Source: Octopus vulgaris (taxonomy: Eukaryota). From it: a stretch of DNA of 64,000 nt. Shown in pieces: positions 42,871 through 55,454 of the stretch. The stretch is from positions 148,614,001 to 148,678,000 of the forward strand of contig OX597816.1 in the NCBI GenBank assembly GCA_951406725.2. The letters are read 5' to 3'. The translations under genes and the position numbers were made by a program. Within the stretch, counting starts at the first letter, position 1; each line of letters begins with the position of its first letter. The notes beneath the pieces are model-generated. The model was not told the DNA's origin, did no database searches, and was given only the letters and a program-made list of their open reading frames with translations.

Positions 42871-45030
42871 GTTTCTTTATTAGCCACACAGGGCTGCACA
42901 CAGATAGAACAAATTACAAGGTAGAGCTTTTCTTTTGAAGGTTTTAAAAAAAAAAAAAAAAAGGAAAGGGGGAGTTTCGATCAAAAGGGATCGTAAAAGG
43001 AGAGAAAGAGGACAAAAAAGGGGGGTTAAAAAAAGGGGGAGAGGAAAAAAAAATTGATCAATAGGGATCGTTATCACAGAAATGTCAATATGAAGTGTAA
43101 AGGGGAGGACAGGTGAGGTTTACCCGTGGAAAGAAAAGCCTACGGAAAAGACCACGGTAACCTCGGTCAATGAAGTCACATTTTATATTTCTTTTTTTTT
43201 TTTTTTTTTTTTTGCAAATAAGCAAATCTCTGTTTTCAATTTCTGGGTTCATAGGATTATGCTCAAGGTGGCTTCGTCATTCATACGTGCCATTCTTGCT
43301 ACATTCACCCATCTTTTTTTAAAACATTCGCTAGACAAAACTTGCCTCTCTACTCTCACTATCCTTTTCAAGTGGTACTTGAAGAAGTTGATGAGAGATT
43401 GACCAGAGAGGAAAGTGTTTGTCTCCAATCCTTTCAGACGCGTCCACCAGATACATTCTTTCGCCATAGCCACAAGGATGATGAAAATAGCTCTTCCTTC
43501 CCGTTTGAAGGAAGGAGGCGTGACAATATTGACGATAGACTCAGCTGATAAACCGACTCGTCCCACATGTGACAGCAGTTGTTCGACATAAGCCCACAGG
43601 TTGGAAATTGTTGGACACTGAACGAGTGCGTGCAGAACGGTTTCGTCGCTCTGACCGCATCTCGGGCAGGTCGGCCCCGTGATTCTCGAGCCGTGTCTGT
43701 AGAGCTTATCCCGAACGGGTAGCGCTTCTCGGTAGCACTGCCAGGCCAGGGATCTCTGGAAGTTGTCCATGGGCCCTGGCCCGAAAGTCGTCCTGAACAG
43801 GCGGGTCAGGTACTCCTCGTCGACGTCCAGGTTCGCCCCGAGCTCGTCGTCGTACCTCCCCTCCACTAAACCCCTATAGAATGCTTTGGTTGTGTTGAAG
43901 TCACTTAAGGTCGACCCAGGACGGCAGAGTTGCTTGAGAGCAACGCGACACTCGCGGTGCCATTCGCCCTTCCTCGGCCTCTTTTTGATCCACGACTGCA
44001 GTTCGGTCATGGAGACGAGCTGCGGGAAAGCGTGCCTCACAAACGGCGACCACACCTGTTCACCGTCGTCTACATAGAGCCAGAGATGTCGCAGTCTCAG
44101 CGCGTATCTGCGCATCATCAACCACGGCATGCCCAGCCCTCCTTTTAACGGGTGTTGACAGCAAATGGATCGCCTGACCATCGGGACGCATCCTTTCCAC
44201 AAGAAGCGAAAGAGAATGCGTTGTAGTTTGGTGATGGTAGGGTCGGGACAAGGTACGACGGTCAGGCGGTAGTAGATGACGGACGCGATGTACGTGTTCG
44301 CCACCTCCGCTCGACCTTTTAGGGACAGTTTCCTCTCGGCCCATTGCCGGGCGAGAGTGACCACCCTACTCGTTATCTCGTTCCAGTTCTTCTCCACTTG
44401 GAGGTCCGGACCAAACCAGACCCCGAGCAACTCAACCGGGCCGTCGGTCCAGCGTCCCACGACGGAGGCGCTGGTGGACGGCATGGGCTTGCTTCTCCAG
44501 GTGCCTAGTCGCAAGCCCACTGACTTTTCCCGGTTGATTTTCGCTCCTGTCACCGCTTCGTAGTTTTTCAGTGTCTCGCCGACCAGCTCGATGTGCTCGT
44601 GGCTAGACACTATGACGGTGACGTCGTCCGCGTATGCAGACACGCTCGTCCCGCATCCCAATTCTCGCGGGATGCCCCTTAGAGTCGCCAGCTTCCGCAG
44701 TAGTGGCTCAAGAGTCAATACGTATAGAAGCGCCGAGAGGGGGCATCCCTGACGGACCGAACGTGCAATGTCGAAAGGTCTCGATAGATGTCCATTTACG
44801 CGAATTACCGAACGGATGCCTCTGTACAAGGCAGCTATCCAGCCGCGGAAGACAGGACCGAAACCAGCCGCTCTCAGGACTGCCTCCAAGTATCGATGGT
44901 CTACCCTATCAAAGGCTTTCGATTGATCCAAGTTGATCAGGGCCCCAACCATGCCAGGTTCGTTAACTACCCTGTCTATGATGTAGCGCATCAGATGGAG
45001 GTTGTCATGGATGGTCCGGCCTGGCACGGC
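42871..45030 (-). mobile_element. 5'-truncated Tx1/L1-clade non-LTR retrotransposon inserted in (GATA)n
   Basis: Clearly GC-richer than its flanks, with (GATA)n on both sides. A ~380-nt 3' UTR ends AATAAAGAAAC and runs directly into (TATC)n. Confidence 0.92.
43249..45030 (-). CDS. ORF2 remnant: reverse transcriptase and C-terminal CCHC finger. It has no start codon; the N-terminus in the ORF track is SINE/microsatellite read-through.
   Basis: LDQSKAFDRVDH, SVRQGCPLS, YADD, LLGVWFG, KGGLG and CPRC..ETVLHALVQC. About 593 codons without a stop. Confidence 0.9.
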   Translation of the reverse strand, partial: AVPGRTIHDNLHLMRYIIDRVVNEPGMVGALINLDQSKAFDRVDHRYLEAVLRAAGFGPVFRGWIAALYRGIRSVIRVNGHLSRPFDIARSVRQGCPLSALLYVLTLEPLLRKLATLRGIPRELGCGTSVSAYADDVTVIVSSHEHIELVGETLKNYEAVTGAKINREKSVGLRLGTWRSKPMPSTSASVVGRWTDGPVELLGVWFGPDLQVEKNWNEITSRVVTLARQWAERKLSLKGRAEVANTYIASVIYYRLTVVPCPDPTITKLQRILFRFLWKGCVPMVRRSICCQHPLKGGLGMPWLMMRRYALRLRHLWLYVDDGEQVWSPFVRHAFPQLVSMTELQSWIKKRPRKGEWHRECRVALKQLCRPGSTLSDFNTTKAFYRGLVEGRYDDELGANLDVDEEYLTRLFRTTFGPGPMDNFQRSLAWQCYREALPVRDKLYRHGSRITGPTCPRCGQSDETVLHALVQCPTISNLWAYVEQLLSHVGRVGLSAESIVNIVTPPSFKREGRAIFIILVAMAKECIWWTRLKGLETNTFLSGQSLINFFKYHLKRIVRVERQVLSSECFKKRWVNVARMARMNDEATLSIIL

Positions 45031-45114
<84 letters not shown>

Positions 45115-46146
45115 ATGTTTGAGGGTATAGCCGATCATATCAACCCAGTACTTGGTGGGGTACTTTATTTTATCAGTCCTGAAAAGATGAAAGGTTAATT
45201 TGCCCTCGGACAATAAGGGAAAAATACCACTAGGCATTTTCCGACACCCTTACGATTCTACCAGTCCACAGCCGCAAACTCTACGCTACGAATAAAAAAT
45301 AGCGTCAGCTCTATAGTCGTTTTGTTTGAAATACTTTTTCTTCAACTTCTAATTCCCCAATCGATACTCAGTCTTAGTTTCATCTTCAAGACACAAAATC
45401 TTAAAATTCTAGAAATATAGAGTTAATTACTACATAATTCAGTAGTCTATATTCACTAACTGGCATTGCTTTCGTGATTAAATCTAACTTCCGGGCTTAT
45501 AAAAATATTTTGGAGAAACTATTCTCTATTAGTCTAGAGAACCATAATTTCTATTACAACAGAATATTTAATCATGAGATTTGCAACCTATGAATTCCTA
45601 TTAAACTTTTCTTCTTTTTATTAACCTTGATGTTCCTACCGCATCGAATTCTCCTATTTAACTTTCCGTCCAAGAATAATTCTAGATTATTTTTTTTTAT
45701 GAACTCGTTTATATTTTCTTTATTTGTACTCCAAATCTACAATTAATTTCTAACGGGATTTTCACTGATTTATCTCTATCCACTTTGTGATATTTTATAT
45801 TCTTTCAAAATCTAATTTTTATTCGATAATGTTTTATAACAGAATTTATGCGGATGAAAATTCTTCGTGTTATGTGTGATACATTTGGATTTATAATTCC
45901 ATTGTCCCAACATTTACTAATTTGCTCTCAATAGCCAATTCCAGCCAACACACATATTGTCAGCTTGACAATGCATTGCAACAGCTAATGTTATTTTTTT
46001 AGATATGTACGACTTAGTTTTGCCTTCTTGTATACAGCCATCTGAATGTTATTGCTATTTTGCGCGAAGATTCAAAGATACATTTCGATCGATTATTTTA
46101 CTTTCTTCTTTGCCTGTTATGCAGTTGTTCAAACACACGCACACAC

Positions 46147-46187
<41 letters not shown>

Positions 46188-46892
46188 TATACACTCACAC
46201 ATGTATTATATGTGATACATTCATAACCACATTTTCTAAAGAATACTTTTATTTGTAGATAGCAATCCTATTTGGTTACATCTTGATACACTTTTGTCTA
46301 TGATCATATTTGCTTGAGTACCAAGACCTACTTTTTTTTAAATTACCCGCTCAGGTTATATTCACATATTTTCCATATACATTTTTATATTTTTATAATT
46401 TCCCCCCAACAAATTTTATTAGCTGTTTTTCAAAAACCAATTTCCTTAATGTTTTTCGTTTCTAAGTCTCACATCTATCAATAAATAGATGTTCTCTAGA
46501 TACAATGGTTTACCTGCACATGCTTCTTTTTATGATTTTATTCTATATAACATGGCTTGTAGTTGGTTTGATTATTACTTTAATATTAATATCCGCAGCA
46601 AAAACAAATACCTATTTAATTTGATCATACTACTGCTTTATATATTGCATATTGCTTTTAGTAACAACTTGTACGCACATACATTTCATTGTTTTGAAAC
46701 CATCAGGTATAAGGTAAGCGTTATTTTTTAATAATACACATATTTTATTTTATTTTATTCTCTTTGCAATACGTTCGAATTTTTATGAATGTATACGAAA
46801 ATTATGAAGCTCTGCTCTTTACAATATATATACAGACGATCAGGTTGTTGTTTTAACGGGTGACTTATAAACAGAGAGAAAGTGAAGTAAAT

Positions 46893-46999
<107 letters not shown>

Positions 47000-47196
47000 G
47001 ATAGATAGATAGCATTTTTCTCTAAACATGCATTGTATTACTTTATTTGAAATGCTACGGTTTGCCAATATTTTTACAACAACTCCCCAATAGAAACAAT
47101 TTTTTGTTACGTCTGATAAAATTGCACATTACAATCCAATAAGGTCTTATCATTTCAATTGGTATGTCTTTTTGTTAATATTGTATTAAATTCAAG

Positions 47197-47407
47197 ACGG
47201 CGAGCTGACAGAAACGTTAGTACGCCGGGCGAAATGCTTACCAGTATTTCCTCTGTCTCAGAGTTCAAATTCAACCGAGGTCGACTTTGCCTTTCGGGGT
47301 CGATAAATTAAGTACCAGTTGCGTACTAGGGTCGATCTAAAACAATTTTGGGCCTTGTTCCTCCCCTAAAAAAATTTCGGGCCTTTTTCCTAGAGTAGAA
47401 AAGAATA
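47197..47407 (+). mobile_element. tRNA-derived SINE monomer
   Basis: gacggcgagctgacagaaacgttag..gagttcaaatt..cctttcggggtcgataaattaagtaccag..gtagaaaagaat. Confidence 0.8.
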
Positions 47408-48826
47408 TAGGAACCGAGAATGTATATTTAGTGTATTTTGTAGGTTAAATATATAATCCTTACCATATATTTTCAGATGCTTTTTCATCAGATATCCTCA
47501 TAAATAAAAGTAAAAATTTAAATTTTATTTTCTTATAATACTTATCGGCTTTGTCTTTATTATTTCTATTTCACACATATTAAACAAATTTTTTTATTTC
47601 ATTTACTAGGAAGGAGATTGAATATAACTTTTGATACTGATGTATAAATATTCATTACATATTTGGGTTATAGAATGAATTTAATTTAAATTAATTATTT
47701 ATCCAAATTCAAATTTCGGAAACATCATTTTAATAATAGCAGCTTTTTCAATTTGTTAATTCTTTACAATTTTTTCGCTTTTATAACTGAAATTAATCCT
47801 TTTTCAAATTAAAACAAAGGTTATAGACGTTATGTTAAAATAGTTCAACATTTTCTGTGTAAAATTCCCTTTTCGCAGCTCTCATAAACAACCTCTGTTC
47901 TTGAAGATATTACCTTCTTTTTCAGAGTATGGGGTTTATATTCATAATTTCATAAAACGAGATATTTCATATAACGATATGTATATTAAACATCTCCCAT
48001 TCACACAATTTTCACCCAACTTGCTTATGTTCTTATTTTGGCTATTTCTATTCTTCTTTTTGTATTTTTCTTTACTTATAATGCTACTCCACACAATACG
48101 TCTATTTATTCCTCTTATGATTCCTTTAACATGATTACACATGACTGATGTTTCCTCATCTAACATAGTTTTAAAGACTAAATTTAAGGGAAGTTGAAAC
48201 TTATCATTTAAAAACAAATAACTTTATGTTGAAAGCATTACTTATAACACAACACAAACCTAAAATAAACACAGGCTATAAATACACGTGACAAACAAAA
48301 TATACATATGAATAATGGCATATGAATCTAACCATCATTTTTTCCACCAGCTATTCCTGGGAAGATTGTAAGAGCTAAGTACTCACGCACCTCCACATAG
48401 GACCCTATCAGAAGCAACAGGCATTATAATTTCCGGTTGGATTCCCAAGCGTAATCAACTGAGAGCCTAGATATTATCAACACTTTTTGGTCGACACTTC
48501 GGCCTCTTGCTGGTTGACTTGGCTGTAAGTATCTATTTTGAAATTCTTTCCTGCGATATTTTAATAACATGTCCGAAGTACCAGAGCCGTGGTATCTTGA
48601 TGTCGATAAGTAGCAGCTCGACCTGGAGAACCACACTGATCTTCAAGCTACACACCTTGTGGATTAATGTTAGTTCAGAGATCCTGCATATAAATCTAGC
48701 GATTAAATTTCAAACTGAGCAAAACATCTCAACGTCTAAAACAAAATCAGGCGATAAAATCTATAGAAATACCACTTCACTGCTCTAAAAGAAGGCAGAT
48801 ACATACAGTAATAACACTTTATCTTC

Positions 48827-49283
48827 TGATGAGAATTTGATGATTGGTGATTTAGGATTTAAGAATTTTATTATTCCAAAGGAATTATAAGGTATATTCA
48901 TGGGTGTTCGCGCCTCGAAAATATTACCTCGGCTTTCTTGGTAGAGCAGCATTTACAGGTGTTGTAGAAACCCACACAGGAAAAACACTCTTGATTGTAG
49001 TGACTGCTTTTAAAGACACTATTTATTTGTCTTATCCTGGTGTTCCCTTCAGTCATCTTTTAAGTGGGTTTCTCCGACAATTCGGAGTTTAAGTGGATTT
49101 CTCCGACAAGTGGGTTTCTTCAACGATCATTTTTGACAGTTTGGTACGCGCACACACAAACACACACACATTCACACTTTTGGAAAATATGTTATGATTC
49201 ACACTTTTGAATCACTCACTTCTTCTCTCTCTACCCTCCACTTGCCGCTCGACTGCCCGGCTACTGTCGATTGTTAAGTTACA
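48827..49283 (-). mobile_element. Possible solo LTR
   Basis: The minus strand starts TGTAAC and ends TCATCA, with a TATA-like and an AATAAA motif in the expected order. No target-site duplication was found. Confidence 0.3.
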
Positions 49284-49655
49284 TGGGTATGTAACTTAAA
49301 GCCAGTTACCCACCTATGCAGTCCTTCTTTGGCTACTTCCTCCGTTTGTCTTAGCCTTTCTCTCAAGAAACGAACGCTTTTGTTCTCTACTATCTCTTCC
49401 TTCGGCCATTTTCTATCACTCCTGTTCGCAGATGTGGTCAACCATCGAAATCTTTTCATCATACTTCCTTGAATATATGTTAATGAACTTTCACTATCTA
49501 TTTTTGTTTTACGGTTGCAGACTTAAACGAAAATATATTTTTTCACCAACACATACTTTCGGATTAAGCACACGCAGTCATACATGCTATTAACATCGTA
49601 CCTATAAGACACAAGTTCGACATCTTCACAGCACTCTTTAAACACTTTTTCGACA

Positions 49656-49696
<41 letters not shown>

Positions 49697-49704
49697 ACTA
49701 TCTA

Positions 49705-49747
<43 letters not shown>

Positions 49748-49755
<8 letters not shown>

Positions 49756-50143
49756 AGTGAATTGAAGAAATGGAGTTGAACGAAGATTGAACAGAAATCG
49801 TTTTATTGCATTCTACACGTGTTTCGAAAGGCACAATTTACCAAATTCCGATTGAATAATGAGACCATATTGTGTCTTTCTCTTCAGGAAGAAATAGGAA
49901 ATCCGTTGGAAAAAACAAAAACAGAACAGAGGCGGAGGCATTTCTGTTCAATCTTCGTTCAACTCCATTTCTTCAATTCACTAATAATATTAAAATTCAA
50001 TTATCCGCACCAACGCACGATTGCAACACCATATAGTTGTACCTCCAACCGTGCTGTCTTCTGCTGTGATTTTTGCTACCAAGGTATCGGTTAAACTTTT
50101 GATTAATCTACAACAAGATTATTCATCTTTCTATTTCACAAAA
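49748..50143. mobile_element. (TA)n-bounded inverted-repeat element 1, with a hammerhead in the spacer
   Basis: Perfect 51-bp arms at 49748-49798 and 49940-49990. Confidence 0.75.
49811..49890 (-). ncRNA. Type-I hammerhead ribozyme with a long stem II
   Basis: ttc CTGAAGA gaaagacacaat..attgtgcctttc GAAAC acgt GTA gaa. Stem II pairs 11/12 bp, and stem III ACACGTGT is palindromic. Confidence 0.7.
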
Positions 50144-50196
50144 TATATATATATATATGTATGTATGTATAAGGATGAAAAGGAACACACGAGTTG

Positions 50197-50470
50197 ATAT
50201 ATATGAAAAAACAAGTCAAAATAGAAAATGCTAAAATAATTTTATAAAGAACATCTCAGTACCGGTTTCAGTCATTTTGAGACCTTTTCAACTGTAACGA
50301 TTAAATAATTAAATTTAGAAAAATTAAAAGAAAAGTATTTTAATTTTTCTAAATTTAATTATTTAATCGTTACAGTTGAAAAGGTCTCAAAATGACTGAA
50401 ACCGGTACTGAAATGTTCTTTATAAAATTATTTTAGCATTTTCTATCTTGACTTGTTTTTTCATATATAT
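50197..50470. mobile_element. Inverted-repeat element 2: 133-bp arms, 8-nt spacer
   Basis: Arms at 50197-50329 and 50338-50470, with 2 mismatches seen. Confidence 0.85.
50373..50410 (+). ncRNA. Minimal hammerhead, U3-A8 core variant (mirror copy on the minus strand at 50257-50294)
   Basis: cag TTGAAAA GGTC tcaaaat GACT GAAAC cg GTA ctg. Confidence 0.6.
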
Positions 50471-50480
50471 ATATATATAT

Positions 50481-50675
50481 ATTTATTATATAGAAGGAGC
50501 TTCTACAGGACTAGAACTGTTTCATTCAAGAGAAATCTTCAGGAAGCTCCTGAAGATTTCTCTTGAATGAAACAGTTCTAGTCCTGTAGAAGCTCCTTCT
50601 ATATAATAAATTAATTTTACTCTGCTATGTATTGAGTACCTTATTTACTGTGGTTAACCCCGAATCAACCCGGGA

Positions 50676-50677
<2 letters not shown>
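50481..50677. mobile_element. Inverted-repeat element 3: perfect 64-bp arms, 3-nt spacer, plus a 3' extension
   Basis: Arms at 50481-50544 and 50548-50611, with (TA)n on both sides. Confidence 0.85.
50496..50550 (-). ncRNA. Hammerhead ribozyme with an 8-bp stem I
   Basis: ggagcttc CTGAAGA tTTC tctt GAAt GAA ACAG ttctagtc CTGT A gaagctcc. Confidence 0.65.
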
Positions 50678-50731
<54 letters not shown>

Positions 50732-50832
50732 TAATCCAAACATGAAAACACAAAGAGAAAACACAACAACGCGAGGACGTGGAACAAATGTAGTATTATT
50801 GGACGCTCAGGAAGGAAGGGAAGAAGGAGAGT

Positions 50833-50865
50833 TTTACGTTTCGAGCGGAGCTCTTCGTCAGAAAC
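50833..50865 (-). ncRNA. Minimal hammerhead in a Penelope-like pLTR remnant (50728-50930)
   Basis: ttt CTGACGA a GAGC tcc GCTC GAAAC GTA aaa. The downstream gagcgtccaat motif and the end at (TA)n resemble the 15.7 and 35.3 kb copies. Confidence 0.7.
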
Positions 50866-51379
50866 ATAGGAAAAGGAAAGATCCAGAGAAGGGAAGACGG
50901 AAGAAAAAAATCGCCAACGGTACACACGCGGTACACACACATACACACATACATACACTCACATATGCACACACAGACATACATACGCACACACACACGT
51001 GCGTGCGATCAGACATCCTTACACGCACGCCCGCACAGCCTCATCACGCACTCTTACACACTTCTCACACCTAACACATACTGATATCATTCCCGCATTC
51101 ACACTAATCGATGTCACCAAATTTATACACATGTACACATCTACATATATCCCACAAAATACTCATGCAACTACCATTCCTCCGATGTCCACAAACACAG
51201 ACACACTCTATCTACAAACCTTCCTCCACATTCCTTCTTGATTCTCCTTCAAAGAAAGGTATTCTATCTGGCTTTTAGCCCTTTATTTTCCTTTGTCTTC
51301 TTTCCCCATTTATTTTATCGTTATGACTTCTTTACTGCACTCTCGCTCTCTCTTTTCTCTCTCTCTCTTCTTTCACTCT

Positions 51380-51415
<36 letters not shown>

Positions 51416-51524
51416 TTCCATCAATCACTCTCTTTCTGTGTCCTTCACTCTCTCTTTTTCTCAGTCCCACAGTCTCACGCCCTCTTCCTTATTTATTCTC
51501 ACCATGTTTCTCCCAATTATTTCC

Positions 51525-51558
51525 TTTCTGAAGAAGGACTAACGGCTGAAACGTCAAC
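51525..51558 (+). ncRNA. Degenerate minimal hammerhead
   Basis: tt CTGAAGA aggactaacggct GAAAC GTC aa. Stem II pairs poorly, and aagcgttaaact follows downstream. Confidence 0.4.
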
Positions 51559-51673
51559 ACACTACCCATTTATTTGAAATACTTTCAAGCGTTAAACTTA
51601 TTTCAAGTGTTAAATTGCATAGTCACACATACACTACATGCACACACACACACACATAAATATATATATGTGT

Positions 51674-51720
<47 letters not shown>

Positions 51721-51727
51721 TGTGTGC

Positions 51728-51771
<44 letters not shown>

Positions 51772-52024
51772 TAATGGTTCAAGCAGTGAAAGTGGATATT
51801 TTTACTGTGGCATTGATTGTGGTACAGCCTCCAATTTCATGCAGTTCTGCTGAGATTTATGCTGCTGATGCTGATGGGGATTATGACGACGAAGACACCA
51901 GCAACGCTGATGTTGAAGATGAAAGCGAAAATGTTTACGCAGCAACATTCACTTGCCAAAAACAGACATATCCTAACAAATACATACAATACATAGAAAT
52001 ATATATGTATTATATATATATTAT

Positions 52025-52080
<56 letters not shown>

Positions 52081-52269
52081 CTTGCAAAAATATAGTTCCA
52101 TATACACACAAATATATACATAGAAGTGATGATGTATAAAAATTATGCTCAAATAGCATACGCTCACTAACATAACTTACAATACTGTATGTTAAATGTA
52201 GGTATATATGTGGCTGTACGCATGTGTATATGTATGTGTGTATGCGTGCGTGCATGTATACATATATAA

Positions 52270-52326
<57 letters not shown>

Positions 52327-53566
52327 GCGGGAGAAAGAGCGTGTGAGTGGAATAGCGAGAGGGTAGATAGAGGGAAAGGGTATGTACATAAACATTTATA
52401 TATATTTTATGTATAATTTATAATATATCATATATACATTCCCTTATAGGTAAAATATCTATCTGCCCTTATAGATACATACATACATACGTATTCATAT
52501 TCATATATACACACATATATATATTTTAGGTTATAGATAACATAATTATATATAAAGTATATAAAGTATATTTATGTATATGTTCAATATATGTATTTTA
52601 TCTGTCAGTTTCTTTCACTTTTTTTTCTTTTGTATTAAGTTTTTTCTTGTTCTAGTCTCGTGTGAATTAAACTTTCTTGTGTTCTTGTGTTCTTATGCTC
52701 TTGTAACCTGTAATGAACTAACTAAATGTAATTGGAAGTTTCCAGAATAGAGAAGTAAAAGTAAAATAAATCACGAAACGTAACATGCTGCTGTTTTTCC
52801 AAGCATGAACTGCAATGATTTGATAATATTGTTGTTTGTTAGACAAGATTTTGCAACTGTAAATGTTATTGTAGCGTTAGATGTGTTTGCTGTTTATGGT
52901 GTCGGCCATTTCTATTGCTGCCTGCAATAAAAAACAATAATTCCGACACAAATATGGAGTAGATTCAGATTTATACGAGTGAAATATTTCATGGGAATAT
53001 GTAGCAAATCATGCAATTTATGTGATTGTTGTTGCTGTGGTTCTTGTCGTTGTTGTTGTTGTTGATGATTTGTAACTTTCATATCTGCTGCGACGATACA
53101 ATCTCTTATTCAGACATAGTTTATCTACATCTACATTAACCTTTTTAAGACGTTAGGGCGTGATTTGATGTAGATTTGGCACCTCAAACGACTGCCTGTA
53201 AACCATTAAGTTGGCACAATGTTTCAGAGGTTTCTGTTGTTGTTGTTGGTGCTGCTGCCGTTGGTGCTACTCTTGTTGTTTTGCTGTTCATGTTGTTGCA
53301 GTTTGTAATGTTTATCCTTTGTCTTGTCTCACAGCCAGATGGAAGAACGACAACTTCTTATTACAGAAACATTATAGATAGATATATCTCGTCACAGCTC
53401 CTACTAGCTTGAATCTAAACTGTGGTATTACGAAGTATTTTAATCTTGACATGTATAATCTTAATCTTGACATGTATAGCAGTGGTCGAATATATGAAAG
53501 GTTCAGATGCGAGAAATGATCTCTTAAAATGAAATCCCAAATCACTTGAAAGATAGAAATTAACTG

Positions 53567-53611
<45 letters not shown>

Positions 53612-53616
<5 letters not shown>

Positions 53617-53888
53617 TGCAGCGTGGAAGGTGTTTGTAAGCCATTTAAGAAACACACGAAAAGCCGTTCGATTCACTGACAAAAATCCGTGCGGATTTTA
53701 GTGAGTGAACAGGTCGCGGATTTTAGCGACGAAAATATTTTGACAAATATTTTAACTTAAATGTTGAAGTGAATCGAACGGCTTTTGTGTGTTTCTTAAA
53801 TGACTAACAAACACCTTCCACGCTGCAATTGTTTTCGTTCCAGCACACGATCTCAGATTAAATCACTTGCTATGCGAGTACATCTCCG

Positions 53889-53890
<2 letters not shown>
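53612..53890. mobile_element. Inverted-repeat element 4, with a hammerhead-like fold in the spacer
   Basis: Arms at 53612-53677 and 53768-53832 with a few mismatches, (TA)n on both sides, and a 3' extension to 53890. Confidence 0.8.
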
Positions 53891-53925
<35 letters not shown>

Positions 53926-54013
53926 CGCATATTTGCCATTTAAATATGGCTAACCCCTAAGGGTGGATGCTATTGTAGTTTGTAGCCCCAACTCGCTCTG
54001 AGATTTATCATTG

Positions 54014-54069
<56 letters not shown>

Positions 54070-54071
<2 letters not shown>

Positions 54072-54390
54072 TGAGAACCCCTTCGGTCATGACTGATCAT
54101 GGTATTGCACCTAGAAAGTTACCCTCCCAGGCACAAGTCCCGGCAAGGTTGTTTATGGAAGACCAACAGTCACCCATCCCCTCTCCATGCCACCAGTGTT
54201 ATCCAAGGGAAAGGCGACAAAGGCCGATACACTTTGGCACCTGTGACGTCACAACTCATTTCTACAGCTGATGAACCGGAGCAACGTGAAATAAAGTGTC
54301 TTGCTCAAGAACACAACACGCAGCCCGGTTCGGGATTCGAACTCACTATCTCATGATCGTAAGCTCGACGCTCTAACCACTGACCTATGC
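54070..54390 (-). mobile_element. Third tRNA-derived SINE family (CORE-like)
   Basis: Minus strand reads ggtcagtggttagagcgtc..gagttcgaatccc..gtgttcttgagcaagacacttt. Confidence 0.75.
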
Positions 54391-54472
54391 ACATATATAT
54401 ATATATGTGTATATATATATATATATATCCACACACATATATATGTATATATATATATATATGTATGTATGT

Positions 54473-54551
<79 letters not shown>

Positions 54552-55277
54552 CTGGGTCATCCCATAAATAATGAGGTTTTGGCAAGTGCATTAACACAAC
54601 GTCGGAGGGGGACGACATAAACTTCCTGCATCAACTTGCTATAAAAACAGGTAGTAAATTCTGCCTTGTACTTATTATTACTGCAAGTTTTGAAGAGTGC
54701 AGTTAGACTATAACAGTTATTTTTTCAAAGCTATAATGGAAATGGTAAAGAAGCATATTCGGTATATTTTGCTTTATGAGTTCAATAAAGGCAACAACGC
54801 AACGGGAAGTGCGAGGAATATTAATGCAGTATATAGAGACTGGACAATAACCGTAAACCAGTGTCAACAGTGATTCCAGAAATTTCGAGCCGAAAACTAC
54901 AGCCTAGATGACGATCCTCGTGCTGAAAGATCTGTACAGCTCAACGAGGGCGTCCTGCAAACCCTGGTGTAACAAACTCGCAAACCCTGGTGTAACCATA
55001 TTCGCCGACCATTGCCCAATCTGATTATCATTTATTCTGCAGTCTTCAAAATTATTTGGACGGAAAAAATATGAATTCTGTAGACGAGGTCAGGACAGTA
55101 CTAGAGGAGTATTTTTCGTCACGGTCAAGTGAATTTTGGAAGAGAAGCCTTGCAAGTCTACCAGATAGACAGAAGAGCATTGTAGAAAATGAAGGAGAGT
55201 ATATTTTGGATTTAAAAAGAACTTTGTTTATCCTAATTTTGAAAAGTAAAAAAACTGCATTATTTATTGGATGACCT

Positions 55278-55279
<2 letters not shown>
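54552..55279 (+). mobile_element. Internally deleted mariner with both TIRs and a TA target duplication
   Basis: TIRs ctgggtcatcccataaataatg / cattatttattggatgacctaa. HIRYILLYEFNKG..DDPR is joined to PYSPTIAQSDYHLF..LPDRQKSIVENEGEYI. Confidence 0.9.
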
Positions 55280-55334
<55 letters not shown>

Positions 55335-55352
55335 CATACATACATACATACA

Positions 55353-55384
<32 letters not shown>

Positions 55385-55454
55385 CATATATATATATAAA
55401 ATATATACAATATATACATAATTATATATTCATATATATATATATATATATATA

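Noticed and set aside
45031-45237. N-terminal extension of the 662-aa ORF
   Set aside because: It is read-through of a SINE remnant and (TATC)n. The element is 5'-truncated at 45030.
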